Shown here: in pieces, positions 49,721-62,271 of the stretch
Position numbering within the stretch: position 1 is the first letter of the stretch
Layout: each line of letters opens with the position of its first letter
Assembly (NCBI GenBank): GCA_963664295.1
Contig: OY760935.1
Span: 512,001 to 576,000 of the forward strand
Length of the DNA stretch: 64,000 bases
Direction: 5' to 3'
Source of the DNA: Candidatus Altimarinota bacterium
Lineage (GTDB): Bacteria > Patescibacteriota > Gracilibacteria > CAIRYL01 > GCA-016699755
Program-made: the position numbers and the translations under genes
The notes under the pieces: generated by a model
Told to the model about the DNA's origin: nothing
Seen by the model: only the letters and a program-made list of their open reading frames with translations
The model's database searches: none

Positions 49721-49750
49721 TTGACAAATAATTGTTTTCTTGAATAGAAT
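49721..49750 (+). promoter_or_regulatory. Sigma70-type promoter for the small-ORF cluster
   Basis: TTGACA-18-TAGAAT. Confidence 0.6.
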
Positions 49751-49789
49751 ACTGCAAACAATTTTTTATTCCACTTTTTCCCCAAAATT

Positions 49790-49972
49790 ATGACAACACC
49801 AAGCACACCTTCTAGTGGACCAGAACTACCAAGCGGAATTGAAAGCTATTTGAAACGTGAAGATCCTTGGCATCCTGAAGGAAAAGCAAGAATGGATAAA
49901 ATTGCTGAACAAATAGCAAAAAAAGCAGCAGATGCCACAAAGGCAGATGAAAACTGGGGCAAAGAAGTTTAA
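49790..49972 (+). CDS. Small hypothetical protein
   Basis: 60-aa ATG ORF after the promoter. Confidence 0.6.
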   Translation: MTTPSTPSSGPELPSGIESYLKREDPWHPEGKARMDKIAEQIAKKAADATKADENWGKEV

Positions 49973-50023
49973 TAGTCTATAAATAATCATAATTAACCAC
50001 TAGGCTTAACCATCCCCCTAATC

Positions 50024-50218
50024 ATGGTGTATAAACCAAAAATCACAGTATTTGACCCAAAAAATCCTGACAAATATGAGGATAGTGAGCAATTGCGTGA
50101 GTTAGATCGCTTTCCAGGGGCTCTCTTGAGCGCACGTGATATCAATCTTTTATCTGTTCAATATTTAAGATTGACTCAAAAAGCAATGATCTTTAAAGTG
50201 CTAAAAAACACACAATGA
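50024..50218 (+). CDS. Small hypothetical protein
   Basis: 64-aa ATG ORF, co-oriented with its neighbours. Confidence 0.55.
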   Translation: MVYKPKITVFDPKNPDKYEDSEQLRELDRFPGALLSARDINLLSVQYLRLTQKAMIFKVLKNTQ

Positions 50219-50247
50219 ATATTATTTAAATTTCCCCTAATTATATC

Positions 50248-50520
50248 ATGAAAAAAATCGATAATGTTGCAATGAGTATGCTAAAAAGAGATAAAGAAAA
50301 AGATGGTCAACGCGACAACACCTTGCCTCCTGTTTCATTCAGACTGCGCAAAAAAATAAAAAGAGTAATCAATAATGAACCAGGAAAAATACTCGATCTT
50401 AAAGATAAATCAAACCTTGTGCCTCTTAATAGAGATGATCTTGGTGCACTTATGATGAATTTTGCAGGCAACTTAAGCACAAAACCTAATGTTTTAAATG
50501 GCATCAAAAAGGAGCACTGA
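50248..50520 (+). CDS. Small hypothetical protein
   Basis: 90-aa ATG ORF followed by a terminator. Confidence 0.55.
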   Translation: MKKIDNVAMSMLKRDKEKDGQRDNTLPPVSFRLRKKIKRVINNEPGKILDLKDKSNLVPLNRDDLGALMMNFAGNLSTKPNVLNGIKKEH

Positions 50521-50537
50521 TTTTCAACTCAACAAAC

Positions 50538-50572
50538 AAAAAAACTCACAATAAATTATTGTGAGTTTTTTT
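50538..50572. terminator. Bidirectional intrinsic terminator
   Basis: aaaaaaactcacaataa-a-ttattgtgagttttttt between convergent genes. Confidence 0.8.
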
Positions 50573-50587
50573 AAATAAATACTAAAT

Positions 50588-53470
50588 TTACTTCAAAACA
50601 TTTTTCAAAAACTGCCCTGTATAACTTTTAGTGTTTTTGGCAACCTCTTCTGGTGTACCCTCTGCTACAATTTCCCCTCCTCCATCACCACCATCAGGAC
50701 CAAGATCAACCAAATAATCGCAATTTTTAATAACATCAAGGTTGTGCTCAATAACAAGCACTGTATTTCCTGTTTCCACAAGAGCATTAAGCACAGTGAG
50801 TAACCTTTCAATATCTTGAAAATGAAGACCTGTTGTAGGTTCATCTAAAATATACATTGTTTTACCTGTTGAGCGCTTGGAAAGCTCCGTAGAAAGCTTA
50901 ATTCTTTGTGCTTCACCACCAGAAAGAGTGACTGCACTCTGACCTAAGTGAATATAACCTAAGCCAACTTTTTCCAAAGTTTGTAATTTTTCTTTAATTT
51001 TTGGAACCTTGGAAAAAAACTCAAGTGCTTCATTGACAGTCATATCCAAAACATCAGCAATATTTTTACCTCTCCAGGTAATTTCTAATGTTTCTGCATT
51101 AAAACGCTTTCCTTTACATACTTCACAAGGCACAAAAATATCAGGCAAAAAATGCATTTCTATTTTTGTTAAGCCATCTCCAGCACAATGTTCACAACGA
51201 CCTCCTTTAACATTAAAAGAAAATCTGCCTGCTTTATAGCCTCTCAACTTTGCCTCTGGAGACTGCGCAAACAATTCACGAATATCTGTAAATACACCTG
51301 TATAAGTTGCTGGATTAGAACGAGGAGTTCTGCCAATTGGACTTTGGTCAATTACAATAACTTTATCTAATTTATCTGTGCCAATAACCTGATCATGTTC
51401 ACCAGCACTAGCATTCGCCCTATTTAATCTTTCTGCCAAAATCGGAGCAAGGATTTCATTTACCAATGTTGACTTACCACTGCCAGAAACACCAGTCACT
51501 CCAACAAAAACACCTAAAGGCACTTTTACATTTATGTTTTTTAAATTATGCTCACGAGCACCAACAATTTCTAAAAAATTACCATTACCTTTTTTGCGAG
51601 ATTTTGGAATAATAATTTGCTTTTCACCACTTAAAAACTGACCGGTGACAGATTTTTTTGTAGCCATTAACTCTTTTGGCGTTCCTGTAGCAACAACCTC
51701 ACCGCCATGCTTACCAGCACCAGGACCAATTTCCAAAAGATAATCTGCTTCACGCATCATATCTTCATCATGTTCAACAACAATCACAGTATTACCAATA
51801 CTCTGTAGCTCTCTAAGAGTTTTAATCAATTTTTCATTATCTTTTTGATGAAGACCAATAGATGGCTCATCTAAGACATAAATCACGCCTTGCAATTTTG
51901 ATCCTATCTGCGTAGCAAGACGAATTCTTTGCGCCTCACCACCAGACAATGTATTTGCTGCTCTGTCTAAAGTTAAAAAACCAAGACCAACTTGCTCCAA
52001 AAAAGACAAGCGACCTTTAACCTCTTGCACAATTAAGCGTGCAATTTCATTTTCTCTTTCTGATAAATTTTTAGGCAATTGATCAAAAAATTTATTCAAA
52101 GATATTATTGACATAGAGGCAATATCAACAATATTGATATCAGCTATTTTCACACTCAAAACTTCAGGTCTAAGCCTAGCGCCATTACAAGAAGAACAAA
52201 GTTCTGTTTCCATAAATTTTTCAATTTGCTTGCGAGCAAATTCACTATCAGTTTCTTTATATCTACGCTCTAAATTTGGCACAACTCCTTCAAATTTGGT
52301 CATAAAATCACCAGAAAATTTATCAGAGTCCATTTGCACAGAATACTCTTCATCACCAGTACCATACAAAATAATGCCTCTTTGCTTGTCAGTTAATTTG
52401 CCAATAGGAGTATTAACATCAAAACCATGTCTTTTAGCAACTGCTTTTAATATACGATAATTCCAGCTTTCACGAGAAAGCATATTAGCCCAAGGCAAAA
52501 TAGCACCCTCTGCAAGAGTAAGGCGTGGATTTGGCATCACTAATTCTTCTTTTACCATCAACTTACTACCCAGTCCATGACAAGCAGGACAAGCGCCAAA
52601 AGGAGAATTAAAAGAAAAATTACGAGGTTCAAGCTCAGAAATAACATTACCATGCTCTGGACAAGCAAAATTTTCAGAAAAAATCTCTTCTTCGCCGGTT
52701 TCAGCATCAAGAACAATTAATTTGCCTTTACCATGCTTCAAAGTAAGCTCAACTGAATCAGCCAAACGACTGCGTTCCGGGTTTGGTTCTTCAATTTTTT
52801 CACCAGTAGAAAGTTCTTTAAACTTTCTCTTAAAATTCTTCACCACCAAACGATCAATCACAATTTCAATAGTGTGCTTTTTCTTAGGATCAAGCTCAAT
52901 TTCCTCAGCCACAGACATAACATCACCATCAATACGCATACGAACAAAGCCCTCTCTGCGAATATTTTCAAGAATTTTTGCATGTTCACCTTTTTTGCCT
53001 TCAACAACAGGTGCTAATAAAATAGTTTTTTTACCCTCAGGAAAATCAGCGATAAAATCTACAATTTGCGAAGCAGTTTGTTTTTGTACCAATTTTCCAC
53101 ATTCAGGACAATAAACACGACCCGCCTTAGCAAAAAGAAGACGCAAATAATCACTAATTTCCGTCACAGTACCAACAGTAGAACGCGGGTTTCTGTGAGC
53201 CACTTTTTGATCAATAGAAATCGCAGGAGAAAGCCCAGAAATATTATCAACATCAGGTTTTTCCATCATACCCAAAAACTGGCGAGCAAAAGTAGACAAA
53301 CTTTCCACAAATCTGCGCTGACCCTCAGCAAAAATAGTATCAAACGCCAAAGAAGATTTACCACTACCAGAAAGACCAGTAATAACAACTAATTTATCTC
53401 GGGGAATTTTAACATCAATATTTTTAAGATTGTGAACACGAGCACCTTTGACGCGGATAAAATTACTCAT
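50588..53470 (-). CDS. uvrA: Excinuclease ABC subunit A
   Basis: GARVHNLKN, two Walker A motifs ([16 protein letters not shown]), LSGGEAQRI twice and zinc fingers. Confidence 0.97.
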   Translation of the reverse strand: MSNFIRVKGARVHNLKNIDVKIPRDKLVVITGLSGSGKSSLAFDTIFAEGQRRFVESLSTFARQFLGMMEKPDVDNISGLSPAISIDQKVAHRNPRSTVGTVTEISDYLRLLFAKAGRVYCPECGKLVQKQTASQIVDFIADFPEGKKTILLAPVVEGKKGEHAKILENIRREGFVRMRIDGDVMSVAEEIELDPKKKHTIEIVIDRLVVKNFKRKFKELSTGEKIEEPNPERSRLADSVELTLKHGKGKLIVLDAETGEEEIFSENFACPEHGNVISELEPRNFSFNSPFGACPACHGLGSKLMVKEELVMPNPRLTLAEGAILPWANMLSRESWNYRILKAVAKRHGFDVNTPIGKLTDKQRGIILYGTGDEEYSVQMDSDKFSGDFMTKFEGVVPNLERRYKETDSEFARKQIEKFMETELCSSCNGARLRPEVLSVKIADINIVDIASMSIISLNKFFDQLPKNLSERENEIARLIVQEVKGRLSFLEQVGLGFLTLDRAANTLSGGEAQRIRLATQIGSKLQGVIYVLDEPSIGLHQKDNEKLIKTLRELQSIGNTVIVVEHDEDMMREADYLLEIGPGAGKHGGEVVATGTPKELMATKKSVTGQFLSGEKQIIIPKSRKKGNGNFLEIVGAREHNLKNINVKVPLGVFVGVTGVSGSGKSTLVNEILAPILAERLNRANASAGEHDQVIGTDKLDKVIVIDQSPIGRTPRSNPATYTGVFTDIRELFAQSPEAKLRGYKAGRFSFNVKGGRCEHCAGDGLTKIEMHFLPDIFVPCEVCKGKRFNAETLEITWRGKNIADVLDMTVNEALEFFSKVPKIKEKLQTLEKVGLGYIHLGQSAVTLSGGEAQRIKLSTELSKRSTGKTMYILDEPTTGLHFQDIERLLTVLNALVETGNTVLVIEHNLDVIKNCDYLVDLGPDGGDGGGEIVAEGTPEEVAKNTKSYTGQFLKNVLK

Positions 53471-53553
53471 TTTTGCTTATTAAAAAATTGTTCAATATCA
53501 AATTGACACTGAATTGCACACTAGCACGAAATTTTTAATAAAGCAAGGGTTTA

Positions 53554-54699
53554 TTAAGGAGTAGAAGGATTTACTCTTGAACGATTTATCAAACCAGTAA
53601 ATTGTTGTTTTATACTAAGCATTAACGAAAACAAGCCATCATGAGCCATTTTTACAAACTCATCTCTAAAAAAATTCTGCGTTAATAAATCAGCATTCTT
53701 AAAATCATCTTTTCCCTCTTTTCCTGTTCGAAAATTATACTTTTTTGCCAATTTATCAAACACATAAGCAAAATAAACTTTATTAAACTCATAGCTCTCA
53801 ACTCTTATATCAAGATTTTTAACATAATGATCAACTGTCTCAATAAAATCATCATTATCCAAAACAGAAAGTTCTGTAACCACAGAAAGAGCATCATCAA
53901 ATTGCGCAAGAGTGTACATACGACCCTCATAACCAAGTTTATAGTCTCTAAAGTCAGATATTTGAGCAATCTCTTCTTTAAAAAAATTATAAAAAAGCAA
54001 ATGACCAGACTCATTAGCAAGAATTTGCCCTTGCTTTTCCTTAATAGCCTCTGGCGAAGCATTGTTTGCTTTCATTTCCTTTTTTATTAAGCCAGCAAAA
54101 ATGATCACCCTGTTATCAGTTGGCTCTGACATACCATAAGGCCTGATATATGCATTTCCAACCCGAGTAGTCCGATACAAACTATCTGTTAAATCTTCAT
54201 CCAAAAACAAAACATCAATCGGAGGACATTGGGACAAAATAGTGTTATCTGGAAAATATTTGTTAATTCCATGCTTCTTTTTCGCTAATATCGGACAACA
54301 ACAAATATCAAACAAAAAAGCCCTTTCTTTTTTCTTGTTAAGCAAAGGAGTTATGTGCACATCAAAATAATAACCCCAAGAAAGCATTAACTCCTTTAAG
54401 CGACTTTTAAATTGAGATTTTGGCGTATTTTCAAAATATTTTTTTAAATGCGGATGATTTTTAAACTCCACCATGAGATTATTAAAAGGCTCTTGATAAT
54501 CACGCTCAAGCTCTTTTATGTCTGTAGTGAAGGCTTTTCCAGAAGCAATAAAATCATTGGTAATTTTTATAATAGTATCTATTACAAATTGCTTAGTTTT
54601 CTCTGTGTCTTCCTTTAAATGAAGTTTTTTTTGCTCTATTTCAGGATTTTGTAATCTTTTTTCTGGAATTTTTGGGGAATTTTCTGGGGTTTTTGCCAT
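53554..54699 (-). CDS. Hypothetical protein, weak zincin-like motif
   Basis: 381-aa ORF. ILANESGH resembles HExGH with His replaced by Asn. Confidence 0.6.
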   Translation of the reverse strand: MAKTPENSPKIPEKRLQNPEIEQKKLHLKEDTEKTKQFVIDTIIKITNDFIASGKAFTTDIKELERDYQEPFNNLMVEFKNHPHLKKYFENTPKSQFKSRLKELMLSWGYYFDVHITPLLNKKKERAFLFDICCCPILAKKKHGINKYFPDNTILSQCPPIDVLFLDEDLTDSLYRTTRVGNAYIRPYGMSEPTDNRVIIFAGLIKKEMKANNASPEAIKEKQGQILANESGHLLFYNFFKEEIAQISDFRDYKLGYEGRMYTLAQFDDALSVVTELSVLDNDDFIETVDHYVKNLDIRVESYEFNKVYFAYVFDKLAKKYNFRTGKEGKDDFKNADLLTQNFFRDEFVKMAHDGLFSLMLSIKQQFTGLINRSRVNPSTP

Positions 54700-54758
54700 T
54701 TTATTTTTATATATTGTATTATTTTAACATAAAAAATATAGTTTGGCAAAAAGGAAAT

Positions 54759-56513
54759 TTAACCAGGTTTATTCGTTCTTTCAATTTTATCAATAAGCCC
54801 ACCTAAATGATAAACATATCTTTCTGCCCGTTTTTTGTCTCTTTTGTCTTTAGCTTTATCTTTTAATATTTTTAACTCATCCCTGTCTGCTTTAAATTTT
54901 TCTAAGTTATGACAACCTAAATTAAACAAAATAATAAATAACTCATAAGCACCTTCTTGTTGTTGTTGCATAAAACCTTGCATTTGATCGCTTCCTTCAA
55001 TATAATCAAACACTACAATATGACTAATATAGCCAAACGTTTTTTGTGTTTTTATAAGCAATTCTAAATCATTTCGCAAAAACATATAATATATTAAGCT
55101 TGATAAAGTTATAGGATCTGCTTCTGGAAAAATGTCGCTAAACACTGAGTCTAAATGGCTATCATAATCTTCTGTATTTTTTGTTACTATTTGTTTTTTT
55201 AAATTGCTATTTATATGATCAAGAATAGATTCTTTTGCAATTAATACGATATATCGAATTTTTTCATCTTTATTACTTATATTGCCTACTGTTATTTTCC
55301 ATTCTCTAGGAAAATCAATATCATTAATTAATGTGCCAGCTTTCAAGTTATTATTTTTATAAATAACATTTAAAAAACTATTAAACAAAGATTTAAAATG
55401 GTATTCTTTTCTTTTTAGTTCAATATCGATGTCAATTACTTCTCTTTTTAGTTCCTCAATTTCACTAACTTTTTCACTTACATACTCTTTGAAAATTTTA
55501 TAAAAATAATAACTTGCACCAACGCCTTGATGAACCAACATTTCTTCAGTTAATGTTTCAAGAAAATCTTTAAAAACATCCCATTCGTAAAATTCCATAT
55601 AAGGACTTTCTCTTTTCTGATTTATTAATCTATGGTGCACTTTCTGCATCTCGTAAAGTCTATCATGCCACTCTAAAACTTTTAGTAAAACATTTCTTCC
55701 GAAAATATTAACCCTTTGCTCTCTAATATTGTCAAAATAAGTTCTTGCTAAACTTACAGCAAAAACAATATTTTTGTTTTCTATGGCACTATCCACTTGC
55801 CTAATGAGTTCATTAAAAAAATCTTTTTTAAGATATTCATTTTGACTAAAATTTTTCCAATATTCTTGCCAATATCCTTCTATATGTTTGTTGTCCTGAT
55901 TTATTTTAAAATTTCTAATTTTTAAATATTCTAATATAAAATCATTTCTTTCGCCTTTTACATATTTAATTATGTCAAAAAATGCATTTTTAATAGGCAA
56001 AACGCCAATTAAAAAAATCAATAAAGATATAAATCTTATTTTTACATCCATTATCAAATTAGAATTATAAAAAAAAGAAAGCAATAAAAGGCTAACTACA
56101 GAACAACAAAAAAGCCTCCTCGTCTTAAACACATGTTCAATTAAAACATGTATATCAAAAGTATTATCTTGCTTGAAATTACTTTCTGCACATTCTTTAT
56201 CTTTTTTTTCTTTTTTTCTTATTTCACCTTGCAAAAGAGCAATCATAAAAGGAATCAGTATTGTTAAGCCACCTAAAATAACTGTTTGAAAAAGAGAAGG
56301 ATCAAGATATGTAAACAAAAAATCAATTAAATTAACAAACTTCAAATGTAATATGTTCCACTCCCATAAAAATTTATTCTGATAATCACTAAAAATTTCA
56401 ATTAAATAAGGGGTAAAAAACGTAAAACAAAACAAAATAGATAAGAATAAAATAAGGTATTTATCTTTGATAGATTTTGCAACACTTGTTGCTGTCTTTT
56501 GTATATTTTTCAT
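54759..56513 (-). CDS. Hypothetical protein with N-terminal TM segments and a helical cytoplasmic region
   Basis: 584-aa ORF with about 4 hydrophobic segments in the first 180 aa. Confidence 0.7.
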   Translation of the reverse strand: MKNIQKTATSVAKSIKDKYLILFLSILFCFTFFTPYLIEIFSDYQNKFLWEWNILHLKFVNLIDFLFTYLDPSLFQTVILGGLTILIPFMIALLQGEIRKKEKKDKECAESNFKQDNTFDIHVLIEHVFKTRRLFCCSVVSLLLLSFFYNSNLIMDVKIRFISLLIFLIGVLPIKNAFFDIIKYVKGERNDFILEYLKIRNFKINQDNKHIEGYWQEYWKNFSQNEYLKKDFFNELIRQVDSAIENKNIVFAVSLARTYFDNIREQRVNIFGRNVLLKVLEWHDRLYEMQKVHHRLINQKRESPYMEFYEWDVFKDFLETLTEEMLVHQGVGASYYFYKIFKEYVSEKVSEIEELKREVIDIDIELKRKEYHFKSLFNSFLNVIYKNNNLKAGTLINDIDFPREWKITVGNISNKDEKIRYIVLIAKESILDHINSNLKKQIVTKNTEDYDSHLDSVFSDIFPEADPITLSSLIYYMFLRNDLELLIKTQKTFGYISHIVVFDYIEGSDQMQGFMQQQQEGAYELFIILFNLGCHNLEKFKADRDELKILKDKAKDKRDKKRAERYVYHLGGLIDKIERTNKPG

Positions 56514-56657
56514 AAGAATTTATTTTACATAAAAAACAACAAAATACAAAAATTGTTTCATAAGAATTTTCCCAAATAACAAAAAAGTTCCCAACACAAA
56601 CGACATAAGAACAAAAAATTTCAATCTCCGATGTGTAAAAACATCAGTAATCCCTTT

Positions 56658-58160
<1,503 letters not shown>

Positions 58161-58356
58161 AACTATATAATTTCGCATAAGCGAAATTGATTTCAAAAGA
58201 ATGATCACTCTTCTGCTTAAAAGCAGAAGGGCTTTCGACTTAATTAGCGAGATTCTTTTTCAATATTTTTCTTGGGCAAAAGATCTCCAAAACCCAAGTC
58301 GTCTTATGCCGTTAGTGTTAAAGAACTTTCCTACGCTCCCCATGAGCGCGAAGCAC

Positions 58357-58385
58357 ATTTTCTCTTGTTAATTTATTTTTGTCAA
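58357..58385 (-). promoter_or_regulatory. Putative 16S rRNA promoter
   Basis: TTGACA-17-GAAAAT about 200 nt upstream of the 16S gene. Confidence 0.55.
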
Positions 58386-58476
58386 TATTTTTTTAAGCTT
58401 TTTTTTATAAAAACTAACTTATCAATTTACTTTTGCTACTTTTTTAGTTATAATTATATTAAATTTAGTAATAAAA

Positions 58477-59028
58477 ATGTCTGATCCATTTTCACGAGAA
58501 GCTGATTATTTAGACAGAAAACTGCGCAAATTTAGAAATAGTTTATTTCCTTTTTTCTTTTTTGCTATTCCTTTTGTTTTATTTTTTATTTTCACTGCCT
58601 TTGTTGGAGCTGTAATTTTAGTTTCTTATGTAGATTTTTATATCCTTGGTCACGAATATCCTAACTTATACATACCAATTCTTTCACACGAAAATCAAAC
58701 AGGTGTTGAGCAAATCCCTGAAATGTACAAAATAAGTTTAATAATTATTCCTATTATTCTTTACATTTTTGTTGGCGGTATTATTAAAAAATTCTTTGGC
58801 TTAATTGGACACTTTTTTAATAGTTTTTCTCTTACATTAGATAGTGAAGAGCGTCAAAAAGCTGTAAATATATTAAAGGCAACTCCGCTTACATTAAAAG
58901 AGGCTAGAAAATTTACTGATTCCAATAGAGAATTTAATAAAATTATTTCTGTTTTAAAATTCGCAGAAATGATCTGGATAAAACAAGGCTATGTTTACCA
59001 AATTGGTGCTATTTTAGCTGGTTTTTAA
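58477..59028 (+). CDS. Hypothetical membrane protein
   Basis: 183-aa ORF with two long hydrophobic segments. Confidence 0.65.
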   Translation: MSDPFSREADYLDRKLRKFRNSLFPFFFFAIPFVLFFIFTAFVGAVILVSYVDFYILGHEYPNLYIPILSHENQTGVEQIPEMYKISLIIIPIILYIFVGGIIKKFFGLIGHFFNSFSLTLDSEERQKAVNILKATPLTLKEARKFTDSNREFNKIISVLKFAEMIWIKQGYVYQIGAILAGF

Positions 59029-59035
59029 TTAAAAA

Positions 59036-59077
59036 TTGACCAAAAACAGGTTTAAGCCTAAAATAAAACCTGTTTTT
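59036..59077 (+). promoter_or_regulatory. comM promoter overlapped by a 12-bp inverted repeat
   Basis: TTGACC-17-TAAAAT and aaaaacaggttt-N12-aaacctgttttt. Confidence 0.55.
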
Positions 59078-59092
59078 AATTATTAGCCAAAA

Positions 59093-60628
59093 GTGCTAGC
59101 CAAAGTTTATTCAATGACAACCGTAGGCTTAATCCCCGAAATAATTGAAGTTGAGGTTGATTTAGCCAATGGATTGCCATCTTTTACTATTGTTGGACTT
59201 GGCGACACTGCAGTACAAGAGTCAAAAGAAAGAATTAGAAGTGCAATTAAAAATAGCAATCTTGTTTTTCCGCTAAAGAGAATAACAGCCAACCTTGCTC
59301 CTGCAGATATTCGCAAAACAGGTCCTAGTTTTGATTTGCCCATGGCTGTGGGCATGCTTTTGGCCTCCGGACAAATAGAAAATACTGACCTAGAAGATAG
59401 TGTTTTTGTTGGCGAACTCGCTCTCGAAGGCAAACTCCGTCACACAAACGGAATTTTGCCCATTGCCACTGAGGCAAAGAAAAAAGGCTTTAAAAAGATA
59501 TTTTTACCAAGCATAAATGCCAAAGAAGCAGCTTTGATAAAAGACTTAGAAGTATATGCAATAGACAATCTCGAAGACTTATTTTCTCACTTTAACAACG
59601 AAAAAAAACTCTCTAAATTTCCTGAAATAAGTTTTGAAGAAATATTCGAAGAAGATAATTACGAAGAAGATTTTACTTATATAAAAGGGCAAGAACACGC
59701 CAAAAGGGCAATGGAAATAGCTGCCGCTGGTGCACATAATTTATTGATGAATGGAGCGCCCGGAGCTGGAAAAACCCTGATGGCAAAAGCATTTCGCACA
59801 ATCCTGCCAAAAATAACCCAAGAAGAAGCTTTTGAGGTTAGTAAAATATTTTCAATAGCAAACTTGTTGCCAGAAAACACACCATTAATAACAACAAGGC
59901 CATTTAGAACAGTTCATCACACAGCTTCTGATGTTTCTATTGTTGGCGGAGGAAAAGTCCCCCGCCCTGGAGAGATTTCCCTTGCCCATAAAGGAGTCTT
60001 ATTTCTTGATGAGCTTTCTGAGTTTCCCGGACAAGTTTTGGAGGTTTTGCGTCAACCATTAGAAGACCGCAAAATAACAATCTCCCGTGCTCAAGGATCA
60101 GTCAGTTTTCCTGCTCATTTCAGCCTAATTGCTGCCATGAACCCTTGTCCATGTGGCTATTTTGGCGTACCAGATACAAACAAAGAATGCACTTGCTCTT
60201 CTGGACAAATTTCTCGTTATCGCAAAAAAATCTCCGGCCCGCTTCTAGACAGAATTGATTTATTCATAGACATTTCCCCTGTTAAATTTGAAAAACTAAA
60301 AAGCAGAGAATCATATGGAGAAGGCTCAAAATCAATCAGGAAAAGAGTACAAAAAGCCCGTGATATTCAGGAAAATCGCTTTGCAAATGAAAATATTTTC
60401 ACTAATTCAGAAATGAATGTGAAACAAGTAGAAAAATATTGCCTTATTCCTGAAGAAGCTGAGGATTTAATGCGCAATGCCATGCGCCAATTCAATCTTT
60501 CCGCTCGTGGTTATCATCGTGTATTAAAACTAGCCCGCACTATTGCCGACCTAGAAGGCGAAGAAAATATTTCCCTACAACACATTGCCGAAGCTTTGCA
60601 ATTTCGACCTAAATTGGAGGAGTTATAG
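59093..60628 (+). CDS. comM: ComM/YifB Mg-chelatase-like AAA+ ATPase
   Basis: VGLGDTAVQESKER, NLAPAD, GAPGAGKT, PGEISLAHKGVLFLDE, AAMNPCPCG and SGPLLDRID. Confidence 0.93.
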   Translation: MLAKVYSMTTVGLIPEIIEVEVDLANGLPSFTIVGLGDTAVQESKERIRSAIKNSNLVFPLKRITANLAPADIRKTGPSFDLPMAVGMLLASGQIENTDLEDSVFVGELALEGKLRHTNGILPIATEAKKKGFKKIFLPSINAKEAALIKDLEVYAIDNLEDLFSHFNNEKKLSKFPEISFEEIFEEDNYEEDFTYIKGQEHAKRAMEIAAAGAHNLLMNGAPGAGKTLMAKAFRTILPKITQEEAFEVSKIFSIANLLPENTPLITTRPFRTVHHTASDVSIVGGGKVPRPGEISLAHKGVLFLDELSEFPGQVLEVLRQPLEDRKITISRAQGSVSFPAHFSLIAAMNPCPCGYFGVPDTNKECTCSSGQISRYRKKISGPLLDRIDLFIDISPVKFEKLKSRESYGEGSKSIRKRVQKARDIQENRFANENIFTNSEMNVKQVEKYCLIPEEAEDLMRNAMRQFNLSARGYHRVLKLARTIADLEGEENISLQHIAEALQFRPKLEEL

Positions 60629-60630
60629 AA

Positions 60631-60830
60631 ATGCCATTGAAAAAAGAAATGCCATTGAAAAAAGAAGCGTCATTGCAAAAACAACGCCAAAGGCGGAGGA
60701 CATGACAATTTATAAGAAAGTGTTATTCTGAGTAAACTCATTCATTCTGTCATTATCGGGCTTGACCCGATAATCCAGTGGAGATCTTAGGCGGTTTTCT
60801 GAATTGCCTGATCAAGTCAGGTAATAACAA
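60631..60830. repeat. Second, decayed REP-like palindrome cluster
   Basis: 18-bp tandem atgccattgaaaaaagaa, gtcattatcgggcttgacccgataatcc and ttgcctgatcaagtcaggtaataac. Confidence 0.6.
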
Positions 60831-60931
60831 AAACAAACACAACAAAAAAGCGAGTAAGAAACTCACTCACAAAAAAAACTCGGTAAGGGGTGGCAAAGCC
60901 ACCCCAATACCGTATCCCATCTCGTTTGCGA

Positions 60932-61876
60932 TTACTTCTTCTCGAGGATCACAATCCTCTCGAAGTCTTTCAGAGCCTCTTCGTTACAAGTGCCCTCGTA
61001 AATTTTAACAGAGGAAAGACCTCTAGAATGCAACAGCGTGTCAAGCGTCTCCGGAAGGAAGTCGCCACTTTCAATGGCAACCTCTTCATTCGGAAAGCTG
61101 TCGGCAATTGCAGCGGCTATGTTGCCGCTGATATAGGGAATTCGCATCTTCAAACTGCCAGGAAACCTTTTTAGTTCCCGAATGGTAGCTGCCGCTTCCC
61201 AGCCGATGGTGCAAGTCATCTTGCTGACTTGAAAGTCGCAAAGCTGCCTTGCTGTCTCGATATTGAGACACCCCCCCTCCAGGTCAAGTGCGAGGCCGTC
61301 AAATTTGGCCAATGATGCCAGATTCTGGCCAGGACCACAGGCAATTGCCAGCTTTTGACCGCCGAATTTCGCCAGCTGATCAAAAACATCAGCAGGCACA
61401 ACAATGTTGCCGTCAAAGGCAACCCGCAGCTTAGAGCCACGAAAACTCGCCAGCTCCCTAGCCATCTCAACACTAGGAGAGGTGGCAAAGGTAACTTCAA
61501 GGGTACTGCCCTTGAAATTAGCAACTCGAGAAACAATCCTCGAGTCAGCTTTTTCCGTAAAGGAGACCTTTAAACAGTCACCACGAAAACGGGATATCGC
61601 CCATGCCTGCCAAATACTCAGGCCTTTGTCTTGCTTGTAGGTGTACAACACCTCGCCTACAGCAAAATCGAAAGCTCTTTCATAGTACTTTGAGGGCTCC
61701 ACAGTCAAGATAACAAACTTTTGGGGAATGTTCTTAATTGCCCCAAAGGAAATCTTACGCCCATAAGGGTAAGCGGTTGCTGAAGCATTATGCCCGTTGG
61801 CTAGCGCAGAACTTGCGGTAAGGGTGAACATGAGAACAACAGCGGTTGCCAAAAGGACCATACTTCGAGTATTCAT
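60932..61876 (-). CDS. Secreted LRR-like repeat protein with atypically high GC
   Basis: Signal peptide ending ALA, repeated A..LA.F.G..L units and a canonical SD (AGGAAGGAG). Confidence 0.7.
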   Translation of the reverse strand: MNTRSMVLLATAVVLMFTLTASSALANGHNASATAYPYGRKISFGAIKNIPQKFVILTVEPSKYYERAFDFAVGEVLYTYKQDKGLSIWQAWAISRFRGDCLKVSFTEKADSRIVSRVANFKGSTLEVTFATSPSVEMARELASFRGSKLRVAFDGNIVVPADVFDQLAKFGGQKLAIACGPGQNLASLAKFDGLALDLEGGCLNIETARQLCDFQVSKMTCTIGWEAAATIRELKRFPGSLKMRIPYISGNIAAAIADSFPNEEVAIESGDFLPETLDTLLHSRGLSSVKIYEGTCNEEALKDFERIVILEKK

Positions 61877-62182
61877 AGCAAATCTCCTTCCTAATACTAA
61901 GGGGATAATAATGTTTCAATCTGAGGGTTAATATTTACTAGAAGTCTCCTATGGACTCCTAGTGCCTAATGTGAATCTACTGCAATCTAAAGGGTTAAAC
62001 TCCAAACTGCCGGGTCCTTTATATCTGCTTAGACAACCTCCTTACTTCCTGTGGATAGATGTTAATAAAAATCGCAAAGAGTTGGACTACCAACTTTTGC
62101 GATTACGCACACACAAGGTGTGGTTATTGTTGAAAGTTAATAGTCCACTCTTCACAGCCAAGTTGTTAAAGAACAGTCGTGT

Positions 62183-62210
62183 ATTATACATCTTTTTTTA
62201 TTATTGTCAA
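62183..62210 (-). promoter_or_regulatory. Consensus sigma70 promoter
   Basis: TTGACA-16-TATAAT, about 300 nt upstream of the LRR-like gene. Confidence 0.65.
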
Positions 62211-62271
62211 GGGTAAAGTAATTTTATCCACAATAGGCAAACAACTAAAATCCTGCTAAAATCAGGCAAGA

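Noticed and set aside
62224-62232. oriC suggested by a perfect DnaA box (TTATCCACA)
   Set aside because: It is a single box with no cluster and no adjacent dnaA.
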